From an uncultured Clostridia bacterium (GTDB taxonomy: Bacteria > Bacillota > Clostridia > TANB77 > CAG-508), in NCBI GenBank assembly GCA_934141605.1, contig CAKPCL010000001.1, positions 90,730 through 154,729 of the forward strand: DNA of 64,000 nt, written 5' to 3'. Every line of letters starts with the position of its first letter. Positions within the stretch are counted from its first letter, which is position 1. Shown piece by piece: positions 1 to 8,812 of the stretch. The notes beneath the pieces were generated by a model that saw only the letters and a list, made by a program, of their open reading frames with translations, did no database searches and was not told where the DNA came from. A program made the translations under genes and the position numbers.

Positions 1-325
1 ATCTTTTAAATAATATGTATATATAGTATGGAGAATATCCCATTGCGTATAATGTTGATATTATGCTTCCTGAGCTTGTTCCTCCTATTACATCTATTTT
101 TATATTGTTTTCTTCTAGTGCTTTTAGTACGCCTGCATGTGCTATTCCTCTTATTCCTCCACCTGATAATGCTAATCCTAATTTCAATTTACTCACCTCA
201 TGTAAAGTATTTACTATTTTTTATGAATTTAAACCTGTTTTGGTTACTATTGATTAGCGGGATTAAGGGGCCATCACATCAAATTTTGTTTGATATGATA
301 GCCCCTTGATTTTTCTTATTAGTTT

Positions 326-2050
326 TTATTTTGTATAATATATTTCTCCATTTCCATATATTACTTGATAATATTGTCCTATAAATGTTGGTTCATTATT
401 GTTTAATTTATATGTTGGCTCTACTATGATTTTTCCTTCATTGTCTATAATTCCCCATTTATCATTTTGTTTAATTCCGGCAAAACCATATTTATTTATT
501 TCTGTAACTTTATCATATTTAAAGTCAATTATTTTTGTTCCTGATATATCTACAAATCCCCATTTGTTGTTTTGTTGTTTTGCAAATATTTTATTGTTTG
601 TATATACTTGTGTATTTTCTACTTCTTTTCCGTCTATTAGTATATATTTAGTTTCTTCGTCATTATATATTTTTAAATAGTTTTTGTTATTTTCAATTGT
701 AGCATCTTTTAATTCTGCTATTTTTTCCATTTTTGCTGAATATATTTCTGTCATTTTTGTTGAGTTATTTACGGCTTGCATCATTTGTGTATCTTCTATT
801 TTTTGAATTGAATTGTAGTTAAATTCAATTTTTGTTGTTTCTTCATTGTCTATAATTCCTAGTTTTCCATTTGTATTACATGCTATAAAGTAGTCTCCAT
901 ATAGGTGTTGGATATATGTATATTCTTTTTGTGTTATTTTTTCTTCATTTTTATAAATGCTGTATATTGTTTTTTCGTTTGCTGTTTCTATATGAATTTT
1001 GTAGTCTGTGTTGTTAACATCTATTATGGCTGTATTTTCGCTTATGTCTGTTTCTTGTCCGTTTTGGTCAAATACTTTTACTGTTTCATCATTTGTTTTT
1101 GCATATATATAGTTTCCTGTTATGTCTATTTGTTTATATTCTATTGGTACAATAATTTTTCCACTTATTGAAATTACGCCATATTTTTTTCCTTTTGTTG
1201 CTGTTATCGTGTTATTGCTTTCATTATAAATTAATGATTGATATTCATTGTCTATTATTTTTTTGTCATTTTTTAATAGTCCATATTTTCCATTTTCTGC
1301 ACATATTAAGTAACTGTCTTCACTGTTTATTCCTGTTATTCTATATAAATCATTGTATTTTACTTCTATTATTTCTTTTCCTTCTAGATTTACATATCCG
1401 TATCTATATCCTTCTTCTGTTGTTTCGCTTACTATATATGCTGATTTTTTATATCCTGTGCCTTCTTCGTAAAATTTATCTGCTTCTATTTTGTCATATT
1501 GAATTTTTACTAGTGTTGTTCCTTTGATGTTTATTACTCCGTATTTATTGTCTTTTTTTACTAGTAGTTCTCCTTCTTTTGTTTGTAGTGTGTCTATTTC
1601 ATCATATATTGCATTTGTTAATTTTTTTCCGTTTATGTCTATTATTCCATATTTTCCGTTTTGGCTATATTTTAATGTGCTTTTTTCGTACATTAAATCA
1701 CTATATACATTTTTTAGTCTTAATGGTTCTATGTTTTCGTATTGTGTATATATTTCTTCATTTTTTGAGTTTATGGTTTTTGTGCTGTTTTCTTCATAGC
1801 ATATAAATACATCTTTTTCTGGGTTTGGTATTTTTATGTCTTTATATTTTGCTTCTATTATTTTGTTTCCTTTTGTATCTATTACTCCATATTTTCCGTT
1901 TTCTTTTAGTACAAAGTATTTGTATTCTGATATTGTCTCTATTTCATATTTTCTGTTTTCTTTCTGGATTTTTTGTGTTGTGAAATATGCTGCTCCTGCT
2001 ATTATAATAATGCTCAATATTGATATAATTATTATATTTTTCTTTTTCAT
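326..2050 (-). CDS. WG-repeat (KWG-type) surface protein with N-terminal signal anchor
   Basis: 574 aa with more than 12 tandem ~35-40 aa repeats of the type GKYG(V/I)ID.KG..I.(E)PKYD.I; hydrophobic N-terminus MKKKNIIIISILSIIIIAG. Confidence 0.6.
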   Translation of the reverse strand: MKKKNIIIISILSIIIIAGAAYFTTQKIQKENRKYEIETISEYKYFVLKENGKYGVIDTKGNKIIEAKYKDIKIPNPEKDVFICYEENSTKTINSKNEEIYTQYENIEPLRLKNVYSDLMYEKSTLKYSQNGKYGIIDINGKKLTNAIYDEIDTLQTKEGELLVKKDNKYGVINIKGTTLVKIQYDKIEADKFYEEGTGYKKSAYIVSETTEEGYRYGYVNLEGKEIIEVKYNDLYRITGINSEDSYLICAENGKYGLLKNDKKIIDNEYQSLIYNESNNTITATKGKKYGVISISGKIIVPIEYKQIDITGNYIYAKTNDETVKVFDQNGQETDISENTAIIDVNNTDYKIHIETANEKTIYSIYKNEEKITQKEYTYIQHLYGDYFIACNTNGKLGIIDNEETTKIEFNYNSIQKIEDTQMMQAVNNSTKMTEIYSAKMEKIAELKDATIENNKNYLKIYNDEETKYILIDGKEVENTQVYTNNKIFAKQQNNKWGFVDISGTKIIDFKYDKVTEINKYGFAGIKQNDKWGIIDNEGKIIVEPTYKLNNNEPTFIGQYYQVIYGNGEIYYTK

Positions 2051-2169
2051 AGTTCTTCTCCTTGGTTTTTTTCATATTTTATAATATTTTATCATATTTT
2101 ATATGGTTTATGCAACTATAATTTCGACACAAAATAAATTTAAATTTAAAAAGGCTACAATAATAAAAT

Positions 2170-2302
2170 GTTGATATATTAATATTTTGAAACAAAAGTC
2201 CCGATGGCAGACCCTAGCTATGTTTTTAAGATGTCGTCCAAATCTTTGATTTGGTGTCGACAGCTATATGCAAAGCTCGTAAGAAATATTAATATATGAA
2301 CA
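2170..2302. repeat. Hairpin element copy a: 19-bp terminal inverted repeats TGTTGATATATTAATATTT with a ~95-bp GC-richer inner segment
   Basis: Left arm 2170-2189 tgttgatatattaatatttt, right arm 2284-2302 (one mismatch); arms match copy c at 28850-28939. Confidence 0.5.
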
Positions 2303-2347
2303 TTTATAGCAACTAATTTAAGTTTTTACTGTACTGAACTGTAACTG

Positions 2348-2390
2348 AAAAAGACATGTAATATATTTGAATTTATATTGCATGTCTTTT
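2348..2390 (-). terminator. Rho-independent terminator downstream of the sortase gene
   Basis: aaaagacatg...catgtctttt perfect 10-bp stem followed by a T-run on the minus strand. Confidence 0.5.
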
Positions 2391-2398
2391 GAGGTATT

Positions 2399-3070
2399 TT
2401 AAGTGCCATTATTTAGTTTTTCTATTCCTTGTATGCATCTTCTGTATTTTGGTTCATTTTCAACGCATGTTATTAGCGTTATTTTATTTTCTTTTGTGTT
2501 TTCTAAATCTTCCCAATCTGTATCTTTTATTATTTTGTTTTTAATAACTACATATGTTTTTTCAAAGTCATTATATTTATAAATGATTTCGTCTCCTTCT
2601 TGTAGTTCTTTAATTTTTGCAAAATAGTTTACTGCATATCCTCTATTATGTGCTGCCAGCCCTACATTTCCACTTTTTTTAGAGGTCTCTTCAAAATGAC
2701 CTACATATTTTTCCATTACTTCTTGTTCTGTGCCTTCAGATATGCTTGCTTCTAAAGATATTTTTGGTATTTTTATTGTCCAGTTTTTTTCTTTTGTTTG
2801 TATGTTGGAATAACTTTCTTCCTTTTTTGAATTTTCATTTTCTATATCTGTTTGATTATTTTGATTTTTGTTTTCTTCTTTTGTGTTTTGATTGATATTG
2901 TTTGAGCTTAATTCAACTAGTACTATATTTTTCTTGAATATATTAGAGAAAAGGTTAGCCTCTACTGTTTTAATTAAAGGTTGTATATTTAAATTTGTAA
3001 AAAAAATGTATATTAGTATTGTTATTATTAGGCTTATAATATCAACATATCTTTTGGTATAGCTAATCAT
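2399..3070 (-). CDS. Sortase family transpeptidase
   Basis: N-terminal signal anchor; catalytic-region motifs LAAHNRGY and TLITC; 223 aa. Confidence 0.75.
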   Translation of the reverse strand: MISYTKRYVDIISLIITILIYIFFTNLNIQPLIKTVEANLFSNIFKKNIVLVELSSNNINQNTKEENKNQNNQTDIENENSKKEESYSNIQTKEKNWTIKIPKISLEASISEGTEQEVMEKYVGHFEETSKKSGNVGLAAHNRGYAVNYFAKIKELQEGDEIIYKYNDFEKTYVVIKNKIIKDTDWEDLENTKENKITLITCVENEPKYRRCIQGIEKLNNGT

Positions 3071-3410
3071 TCATTATAATTCACCTGCCTTTTTGTTTAA
3101 TTGTAATTTGGATTTTGTTTTTTCGAAAAAACTTTTTTAGATTAAAAAACACTTTCGTGTATTTGATTTAAAATCTATAACTATGTTAACATGTTTTTTG
3201 GATTTTGTAAAGAACTTTTCATCGCAATTTTCGGCATTTTTCGACAGTTCTCTAAAAGTACAGATTTTAGTTGCTTTATTTCTGTACTTTTGGTTCTATT
3301 ATTTGTTATTTTTTAGTTTTTCTATTTCTTTTTTTGATAATTCTGTTATTTCCATTATTTGTTCTATTGTAAATTTCTTTTCTAACATTTTTTGAGCAAT
3401 TTTTATTTTA

Positions 3411-4262
3411 TTATTCTTTTCTCCGTTCTACTTTTCCGTACTTCTCTTCCGCTTTTGTATTCCGCTTTTCTTCACCAATTTTCAAAGCTTCTTCTTTCGC
3501 ATCATATATCATACTATTAACATCTGACTCCCACAAATCCCTCATGTCTTCTAAATATTGGGCTTCTTTACTGGCTGTGAAATATTTTATTTCTACTTCT
3601 GCTTCTTTTATTATATTATTTTTTGTCTTTGCCATTTCTATTTCCCCCTTATCCGTATCGTCTATTACAGCTAGCCATTGATTTAGTTTATTATCCATGT
3701 CTCGCTTCTTTTCTCTAAATTTTGGTAGCTGTATATAGTATTCTTTTACGATACTATTTACTTGATAATCCCTATGGTTATTTAAGACTTTTACAGTATC
3801 TAATATGTATTCATCAAAGCCAAATAAATTATAGTCTAATATGTAAATTGCTACTACTTCTTTTGCGTCTTGATACTGTTCTCCTCTTGAAAAGTTTCTT
3901 GATATTGTTTTTGCTTCATAAATGTCGTTTCTTTGTTCTAGATTTTTTCTGTCTTTTACTTGCATTTCTACATTTACTATCATGCCATCATTTAAAGTGG
4001 CTTGTATGTCTAATCTTCCGCCTTTTTCTCTTGTGCTTAATTGTTCTAAATTTACTTCTTCTTTTATTTCTATTTTCGTTATTTCTATTTTTAATATCGA
4101 ATTTAAGAAGTCTATTAAATATTTTTCGTTCCCTTTTCTGCTAAAAAATGCTTTGAATATTATATCATTTTTTAGATTTAATTTTTTTCTAATTCTTGCA
4201 TTTGGTATTTTTTGTGTCATTGTTGCCTCCTTTATTATAACAAGTACTTTTACAAAATTCAA
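3411..4262 (-). CDS. Rpn-family recombination-promoting nuclease / PD-(D/E)XK transposase-like protein
   Basis: 283 aa; N-terminal IFKAFFSRKGNEKYLIDFLNSIL and overall architecture typical of the TIGR01784/Rpn family; paralogous to 27105-27740 and 53495-54313. Confidence 0.65.
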   Translation of the reverse strand: MNFVKVLVIIKEATMTQKIPNARIRKKLNLKNDIIFKAFFSRKGNEKYLIDFLNSILKIEITKIEIKEEVNLEQLSTREKGGRLDIQATLNDGMIVNVEMQVKDRKNLEQRNDIYEAKTISRNFSRGEQYQDAKEVVAIYILDYNLFGFDEYILDTVKVLNNHRDYQVNSIVKEYYIQLPKFREKKRDMDNKLNQWLAVIDDTDKGEIEMAKTKNNIIKEAEVEIKYFTASKEAQYLEDMRDLWESDVNSMIYDAKEEALKIGEEKRNTKAEEKYGKVERRKE

Positions 4263-4456
4263 GCTTTTGTTATAACTTTTTAATAAATATTTTCTATTTA
4301 GTTAATATGTGCGTATTTTTCTTTTGCATACTAAATAGACCTGTACCTCCTTTCTTTTTTTATTTTTTGTTTTTTGGGTTTTGTTTTGATTTTAATTTTG
4401 ATTTCAAATTTTGAAATAATTAAATTTGATTTAAAATTTTTGAATTTTAAAATTTA

Positions 4457-4510
4457 AGCCACTTATATGGACTAAATAGAATATTCTATTTATATCACAT
4501 TAAGTGGCTA
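4457..4510 (-). promoter_or_regulatory. Conserved hairpin/palindrome upstream of the Rpn gene (putative promoter and operator)
   Basis: 9-bp stem agccactta/taagtggct enclosing the 18-bp perfect palindrome aaatagaatattctattt; on the minus strand TTTACA-17-TATAAA overlaps it; near-identical copy at 54655-54708. Confidence 0.5.
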
Positions 4511-4590
4511 TTGTAAATATTTTTTGAGTAATTTTATGTAGATTTTATCGCAAAAAACAACATTTTTTGACAAAGCTATAGAGTTCAGCT

Positions 4591-5700
4591 CTACAAGTAT
4601 AAAATTGGCCTAAAGCCTAGGCTATTGTAGTTAACAAAATTGCTGTAGTTATAGCGAATGCTAGTGTAATTGCTGGCGCTGTTGAAAGAGCCTCCACGAT
4701 AGACACAAGGATGATCAGAACGGTTTGAAGTTTCTGTTGTAAATTCATATACATTACTTGCCATGTCATATATATTACATTTTACATCTACTGTTGTTCC
4801 TGTAGAAGAAAAAGATGAACTTACTGGAGTTTGTCTTGAATATTTTGTATTTGTACAATTTTGTATAAATAATATTGCTGTATCCCATGCATAGCTATTT
4901 ATTAAATCACTTGTAAATGGATTTGTATTATCATACATATTTTGCGCTTGTGTTGCTGCATTTGGTTGTGTTATGTTATTCCATACTGTATCCGTTTTTA
5001 CTTCTGTTAATTTTCCACTTGTTGCATTTTTTCTTGCTTCATATCTTCCTATATAGTATCCTCCATTTGTTGCCACACTTGTTTTAAAATCTGTTATACT
5101 TTTGGCTATAGTATTTCCTTTACTTGCAGTTTCGCTAAAATATGTGTCAACAACTTTTTCACCTTGTGCTGTTTCATTTCCACTTTCATCAAATGTATAT
5201 CTATCTAGATTTATAGTTGTTGTTGAGCCATCTGCTTTTGTTATTGTTCCTACTGGTACCCATACAAACTGGCTTCCATTTGTTGCTGTTGCTTTTCCTT
5301 CTAAATCTACTGTTGCATCTTCTACTACTATTCCTTTATCTACTGTTGTTGCATTGCTTGTTGTAGCATCTGATACTATTTTAAATCCTGCTGGTACTGT
5401 AAAAAGATTTCCCTTCGTATCTTTCAATACTGTATTTTTTGTTTTGCTTAAGACTGTATTAATTTTATCACTTGTTAATTCTTCTGCAATGTATCTATTT
5501 ATTTCTTGTTCATATGTTCCTAATATTGTTGCTTGATTTTGCGTTGCTTCTTTACTTTTCTGTTTTGCTTTTTGTGCTTGTGAAAATAAGCCTTGATTTG
5601 TCAAGGTTTGTATTGATATTCCGGCTAATATTAGCAATAAAATTACAGTTATTACTAAAGCTACTAATGTAATTCCTCTTCTTTCGTTTATCTTTTTCAT
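4591..5700 (-). CDS. Prepilin-like-leader surface protein with C-terminal FGE-sulfatase (SUMF1-like) domain
   Basis: N-terminus MKKINERRG|ITLVALVITVILLLILAG (class III/prepilin-like but lacking Glu+5); C-terminal motifs YDMASNVYEF, RGGSF and GFRP resemble the FGE-sulfatase hallmarks GNVWEW/RGGSW/GFR; RBS aggagg. Confidence 0.6.
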   Translation of the reverse strand: MKKINERRGITLVALVITVILLLILAGISIQTLTNQGLFSQAQKAKQKSKEATQNQATILGTYEQEINRYIAEELTSDKINTVLSKTKNTVLKDTKGNLFTVPAGFKIVSDATTSNATTVDKGIVVEDATVDLEGKATATNGSQFVWVPVGTITKADGSTTTINLDRYTFDESGNETAQGEKVVDTYFSETASKGNTIAKSITDFKTSVATNGGYYIGRYEARKNATSGKLTEVKTDTVWNNITQPNAATQAQNMYDNTNPFTSDLINSYAWDTAILFIQNCTNTKYSRQTPVSSSFSSTGTTVDVKCNIYDMASNVYEFTTETSNRSDHPCVYRGGSFNSASNYTSIRYNYSNFVNYNSLGFRPILYL

Positions 5701-5848
5701 TTTTTCCTCCTACTTATGTCATTTTTATTATATTTTAACTTAGATTTTTTTATTTTTGTTCTTTTAAAACACATTGTTTTAAATTATTAAATAAAAAATA
5801 TTTTATTTTATAATTTTTTTGTTAGCATGCGTTAAGGAGAATTTTTGT

Positions 5849-6064
5849 ATGAAAACAAGAATTAAAGATTTAAGAGAAGATAAAGATTTAACCCAAAAAG
5901 AAGTAAGCCAATATTTAAACATATCCCAAGTAGCATATTCTTACTACGAAATAAATAAAAGAAGTATGCCATTAGAAATTCTTTCTAAATTGGCAGACTT
6001 CTATAATACAAGCACTGATTACATATTATATAGAACAAATGAAATAAAACCTTATAAAAAGTAA
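5849..6064 (+). CDS. XRE-family HTH transcriptional regulator
   Basis: 72 aa; helix-turn-helix LTQKEVSQYLNISQVAYSYYE; RBS aaggaga; divergent from the pilin-like gene; paralogous to 53202-53423. Confidence 0.7.
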   Translation: MKTRIKDLREDKDLTQKEVSQYLNISQVAYSYYEINKRSMPLEILSKLADFYNTSTDYILYRTNEIKPYKK

Positions 6065-6069
6065 AGAAA

Positions 6070-6167
6070 TGTCCAAATGGGACGGTTCTTTTTGGACATC
6101 GGTTCCAAATGGTCAAAATGTCCAAATAGAACCGTCCCATTTGGACAGAACCGTCTCTATTGGACAT
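6070..6167. repeat. Cluster of 29-bp GC-rich palindromic repeats (REP-like), units in both orientations
   Basis: TGTCCAAAtgggacggttctTTTTGGACA at 6070-6098, the inverted unit at 6119-6147 and a partial unit after it; lies between convergent gene ends; same unit at 43851-43919. Confidence 0.7.
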
Positions 6168-7668
6168 TAAGTTCAAAATAAAATTCAACGCCGTCTTCTT
6201 TATTGATAACTCCATATTTATTTCCGTAATTGTTCATTATAGCTTTGACAAATGCCAGTCCAATTCCGGTTCCTCCGTCTTCTCTATTTCTGGATTCATC
6301 TACTTTGTAAAATCTATTCCAAATACGGTTTAAATCTTCTTCTTTTATGTTGTCTCCGGTATTAAATACTTTTACACAAACTTTATTTGTATAAGAGTTT
6401 ACCTCATTTTTGATTCTTATTATTTTTTCTCCGTTTGGAGTTGGTTTTACATTTTTGATTGCATTTGTAATATAGTTTGTTATTACCTGTTCAATGTAAA
6501 AATCATCAGCAAATACATTAACATCTTCTGTGTTTTCCCATTCGACTTTAATGTTGTTTTCTTCTAACATAACTTGTGATTTTCTAATGACTTCTTTTTC
6601 AACTTCTACAATGTTGAATTCTTTGTCGTTAAATTCTCTTTTTCCATATTCTAATTTCATTAGTTCTAATAGCTGTTTTACAAGTCGGTCCATTTTATTA
6701 GTTTCGTCTAAGATTACTTCTGCATAGAACTTTTTGCTCTCTTCGTCAGAATTTACATTTTCAAGTAGTCCCTCACTGTATCCTTGTATTAATGCAATTG
6801 GCGTTTTTAATTCATGTGATACATCTGATATAAATGTTTTTCTCATTTCATCTATTTTTGATTTTTCTTCAATGTCTCTTTCTAGTTCTATATTTGAACT
6901 TCTTAGTTGTTTTATAGTTGTTTCTAGTTTTTCTGACATTGTATTTATACTTTTTCCTAAGTCATTTATTTCGTCTTTGGCGTCTGTTGTCTTGTACTTT
7001 TGACTAAAGTCTAGATTTGACATTTTTTTAGCAATAGTGTTTAGTTCTAGTATTGGTTCAGTGAATTTTCTTGATACTATTGATACCATTATTGCTGAAA
7101 TTAATATTGTAAATCCGGCCATTAACCATAAAAATCTATTGGATATTTTTACGCTGTCTTGTATAGATGTTACTGGTATTCTTATGTATAAAAAGTATCC
7201 GTTGTCTAATACTCCTGAAAGCATTATGTATGACATACCGTTTTTTATGTCTCTTTGTTTTTTTATAGAAAACTTGTCGTTTGATTCTAATTCTTTTCCT
7301 GTGGTCATATCTAATTTGTTCATTATATCGTTTATAGTTCCTATTGTTGATGAAAAGTTTTTATTTGTAGTATATATATTTATTCCATTATTATCTTTAA
7401 TTAAAATGTCAAAGTTGTTTCTTATTGCTATTTTTTCTAATTCTGTTGATATATCATTTTCTATACTTATATTTTTGTAGTGATTGTTTATTGTTTCATA
7501 TACAGATTTAAGTGTTTTTTCTTTACTGTATAGATAGAAATTTTCTAAAGCAAAATTATTTACAATTATTAAAAATACTATTATTAATAAAATTGTAAGG
7601 CTTAGTGTTAAAAATAGTTTTACTTTTACTGATGAAAATGCTTCTTTTATTTCTTTATTTAATTTCAA
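6157..7668 (-). CDS. Sensor histidine kinase
   Basis: TM segments, HisKA motif SHELKTPIALIQGY, HATPase_c motifs (GGTGIGL). Confidence 0.85.
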   Translation of the reverse strand: MKLNKEIKEAFSSVKVKLFLTLSLTILLIIVFLIIVNNFALENFYLYSKEKTLKSVYETINNHYKNISIENDISTELEKIAIRNNFDILIKDNNGINIYTTNKNFSSTIGTINDIMNKLDMTTGKELESNDKFSIKKQRDIKNGMSYIMLSGVLDNGYFLYIRIPVTSIQDSVKISNRFLWLMAGFTILISAIMVSIVSRKFTEPILELNTIAKKMSNLDFSQKYKTTDAKDEINDLGKSINTMSEKLETTIKQLRSSNIELERDIEEKSKIDEMRKTFISDVSHELKTPIALIQGYSEGLLENVNSDEESKKFYAEVILDETNKMDRLVKQLLELMKLEYGKREFNDKEFNIVEVEKEVIRKSQVMLEENNIKVEWENTEDVNVFADDFYIEQVITNYITNAIKNVKPTPNGEKIIRIKNEVNSYTNKVCVKVFNTGDNIKEEDLNRIWNRFYKVDESRNREDGGTGIGLAFVKAIMNNYGNKYGVINKEDGVEFYFELNVQ

Positions 7669-8329
7669 ATTTGTATCCTACCCCTCTAATTGTTTTTATA
7701 TATTTTCCTTTTTTACCCAGTTTATGTCTTATTTTTTTTATATGACTGTCTATTGTTCTTGAATCTCCATAGTAATCATAGTTCCATACATTGTTTAGTA
7801 TTTTGTCTCTTGAAAGTGCTATGTTTTCGTTTTCTACTAAATATACTAATAGTTCATATTCTCTTAGGCTTAATTCTAACATTTTTCCGTCAACAGTAAC
7901 TGTTCTTCCTTCTTTGTCAATTTCTATTCCGTCATAGTCTTTTATTTCCTTTTTATCTCCTTGTGTCCTTTTTAATATTGCTTCTACTCTTGCTACTAAT
8001 ATTTTAGGACTAAATGGCTTTGATATATATTCATCTACTCCTAATTCAAATCCAAATAATTCGTCTTGTTCTTCTCCTCTTGCTGTAAGCATTATTATAG
8101 GGACTTTTGATGTTTGTCTTATTTGCCTTAATACAGACCAGCCGTCTAACTTTGGCATCATTACATCTAGTAATATTAGGCTTATTTTTTCTGAGTTTTC
8201 TTCAAATACTTGTAAGGCTTTTTCTCCATCTCCTGCTTCTAATATGTTATAACCTTTTGCTACTAAAAAGTCTTTTATTATTTTTCTCATCCTTGATTCA
8301 TCATCTACAACTAAAATATAATTATTCAT
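7655..8329 (-). CDS. OmpR-family response regulator
   Basis: REC domain (VVDDE, LDVMMP, K) plus winged-helix DNA-binding domain; overlaps the downstream kinase by 14 nt. Confidence 0.85.
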   Translation of the reverse strand: MNNYILVVDDESRMRKIIKDFLVAKGYNILEAGDGEKALQVFEENSEKISLILLDVMMPKLDGWSVLRQIRQTSKVPIIMLTARGEEQDELFGFELGVDEYISKPFSPKILVARVEAILKRTQGDKKEIKDYDGIEIDKEGRTVTVDGKMLELSLREYELLVYLVENENIALSRDKILNNVWNYDYYGDSRTIDSHIKKIRHKLGKKGKYIKTIRGVGYKFEIK

Positions 8330-8525
8330 TGATATTCCTTTCCTTTCTTTAGGTATAAGTTTATATTAATATATTTTTGTGTCTTGCATGTGAACAATTG
8401 TTGATTTTATTTTACTATATAAATTTGTTTTAATCAATATTTTTTCTTTACATAATTCAAAAAACATGATATTATATTGTAGTAACTATAAACATTGTTT
8501 TATTTTACGGTACAGGAGGGTATAT

Positions 8526-8771
8526 ATGCTAAAAAACATTATTGGATTGATATTTTTTATAGGTGGTTTTGCAATATTATTGCATGTATTCAAACAGAAA
8601 ACAAAGAAGATGGACGAAAAAATGGATGAAGCTTTACTACAGGACGATAAGTCTTTCTCTCAGAAATTTGATTCTTTCATTTTAACTTTTTTAATGTTGT
8701 TTACTGTAGATGCACTGGCAATAATACATTTTGGTGTAAAAATTATTTATAACTTATTTTTATTAAAATGA
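8526..8771 (+). CDS. Small membrane protein (hypothetical)
   Basis: ATG at 8526 preceded by RBS acaggaggg; two hydrophobic segments; no recognisable domain. Confidence 0.35.
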   Translation: MLKNIIGLIFFIGGFAILLHVFKQKTKKMDEKMDEALLQDDKSFSQKFDSFILTFLMLFTVDALAIIHFGVKIIYNLFLLK

Positions 8772-8782
8772 TGATATCCTCA

Positions 8783-8812
8783 AAAAAAGAGTCGTTCTGA
8801 CTCTTTTAATTT
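8783..8812. terminator. Bidirectional rho-independent terminator
   Basis: aaaagagtc gttc tgactctttt between convergent genes. Confidence 0.45.

Noticed and set aside
2170-2302. Inner GC-richer segment of hairpin element a as a small housekeeping ncRNA (SRP RNA, 6S or tmRNA fragment)
   Set aside because: No SRP domain IV, 6S central-bubble or tmRNA motifs are present. The terminal inverted repeats shared with element c point to a repeat element instead.
3411-4262. Rpn-family genes as IS element transposases
   Set aside because: No terminal inverted repeats, target-site duplications or DDE or serine-recombinase motifs flank them. They are better described as Rpn/PD-(D/E)XK nuclease-family paralogues. 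The conserved sequence upstream of them is a promoter-proximal palindrome, not an IS end.
5985-6215. 76-aa ORF (and the similar 43729-43920 ORF) containing RTVPFGH
   Set aside because: Both ORFs are read-through translations of the 29-bp tgggacggttct palindromic repeat and lie antisense to or overlapping real gene ends. They are repeat-encoded artefacts, not genes.
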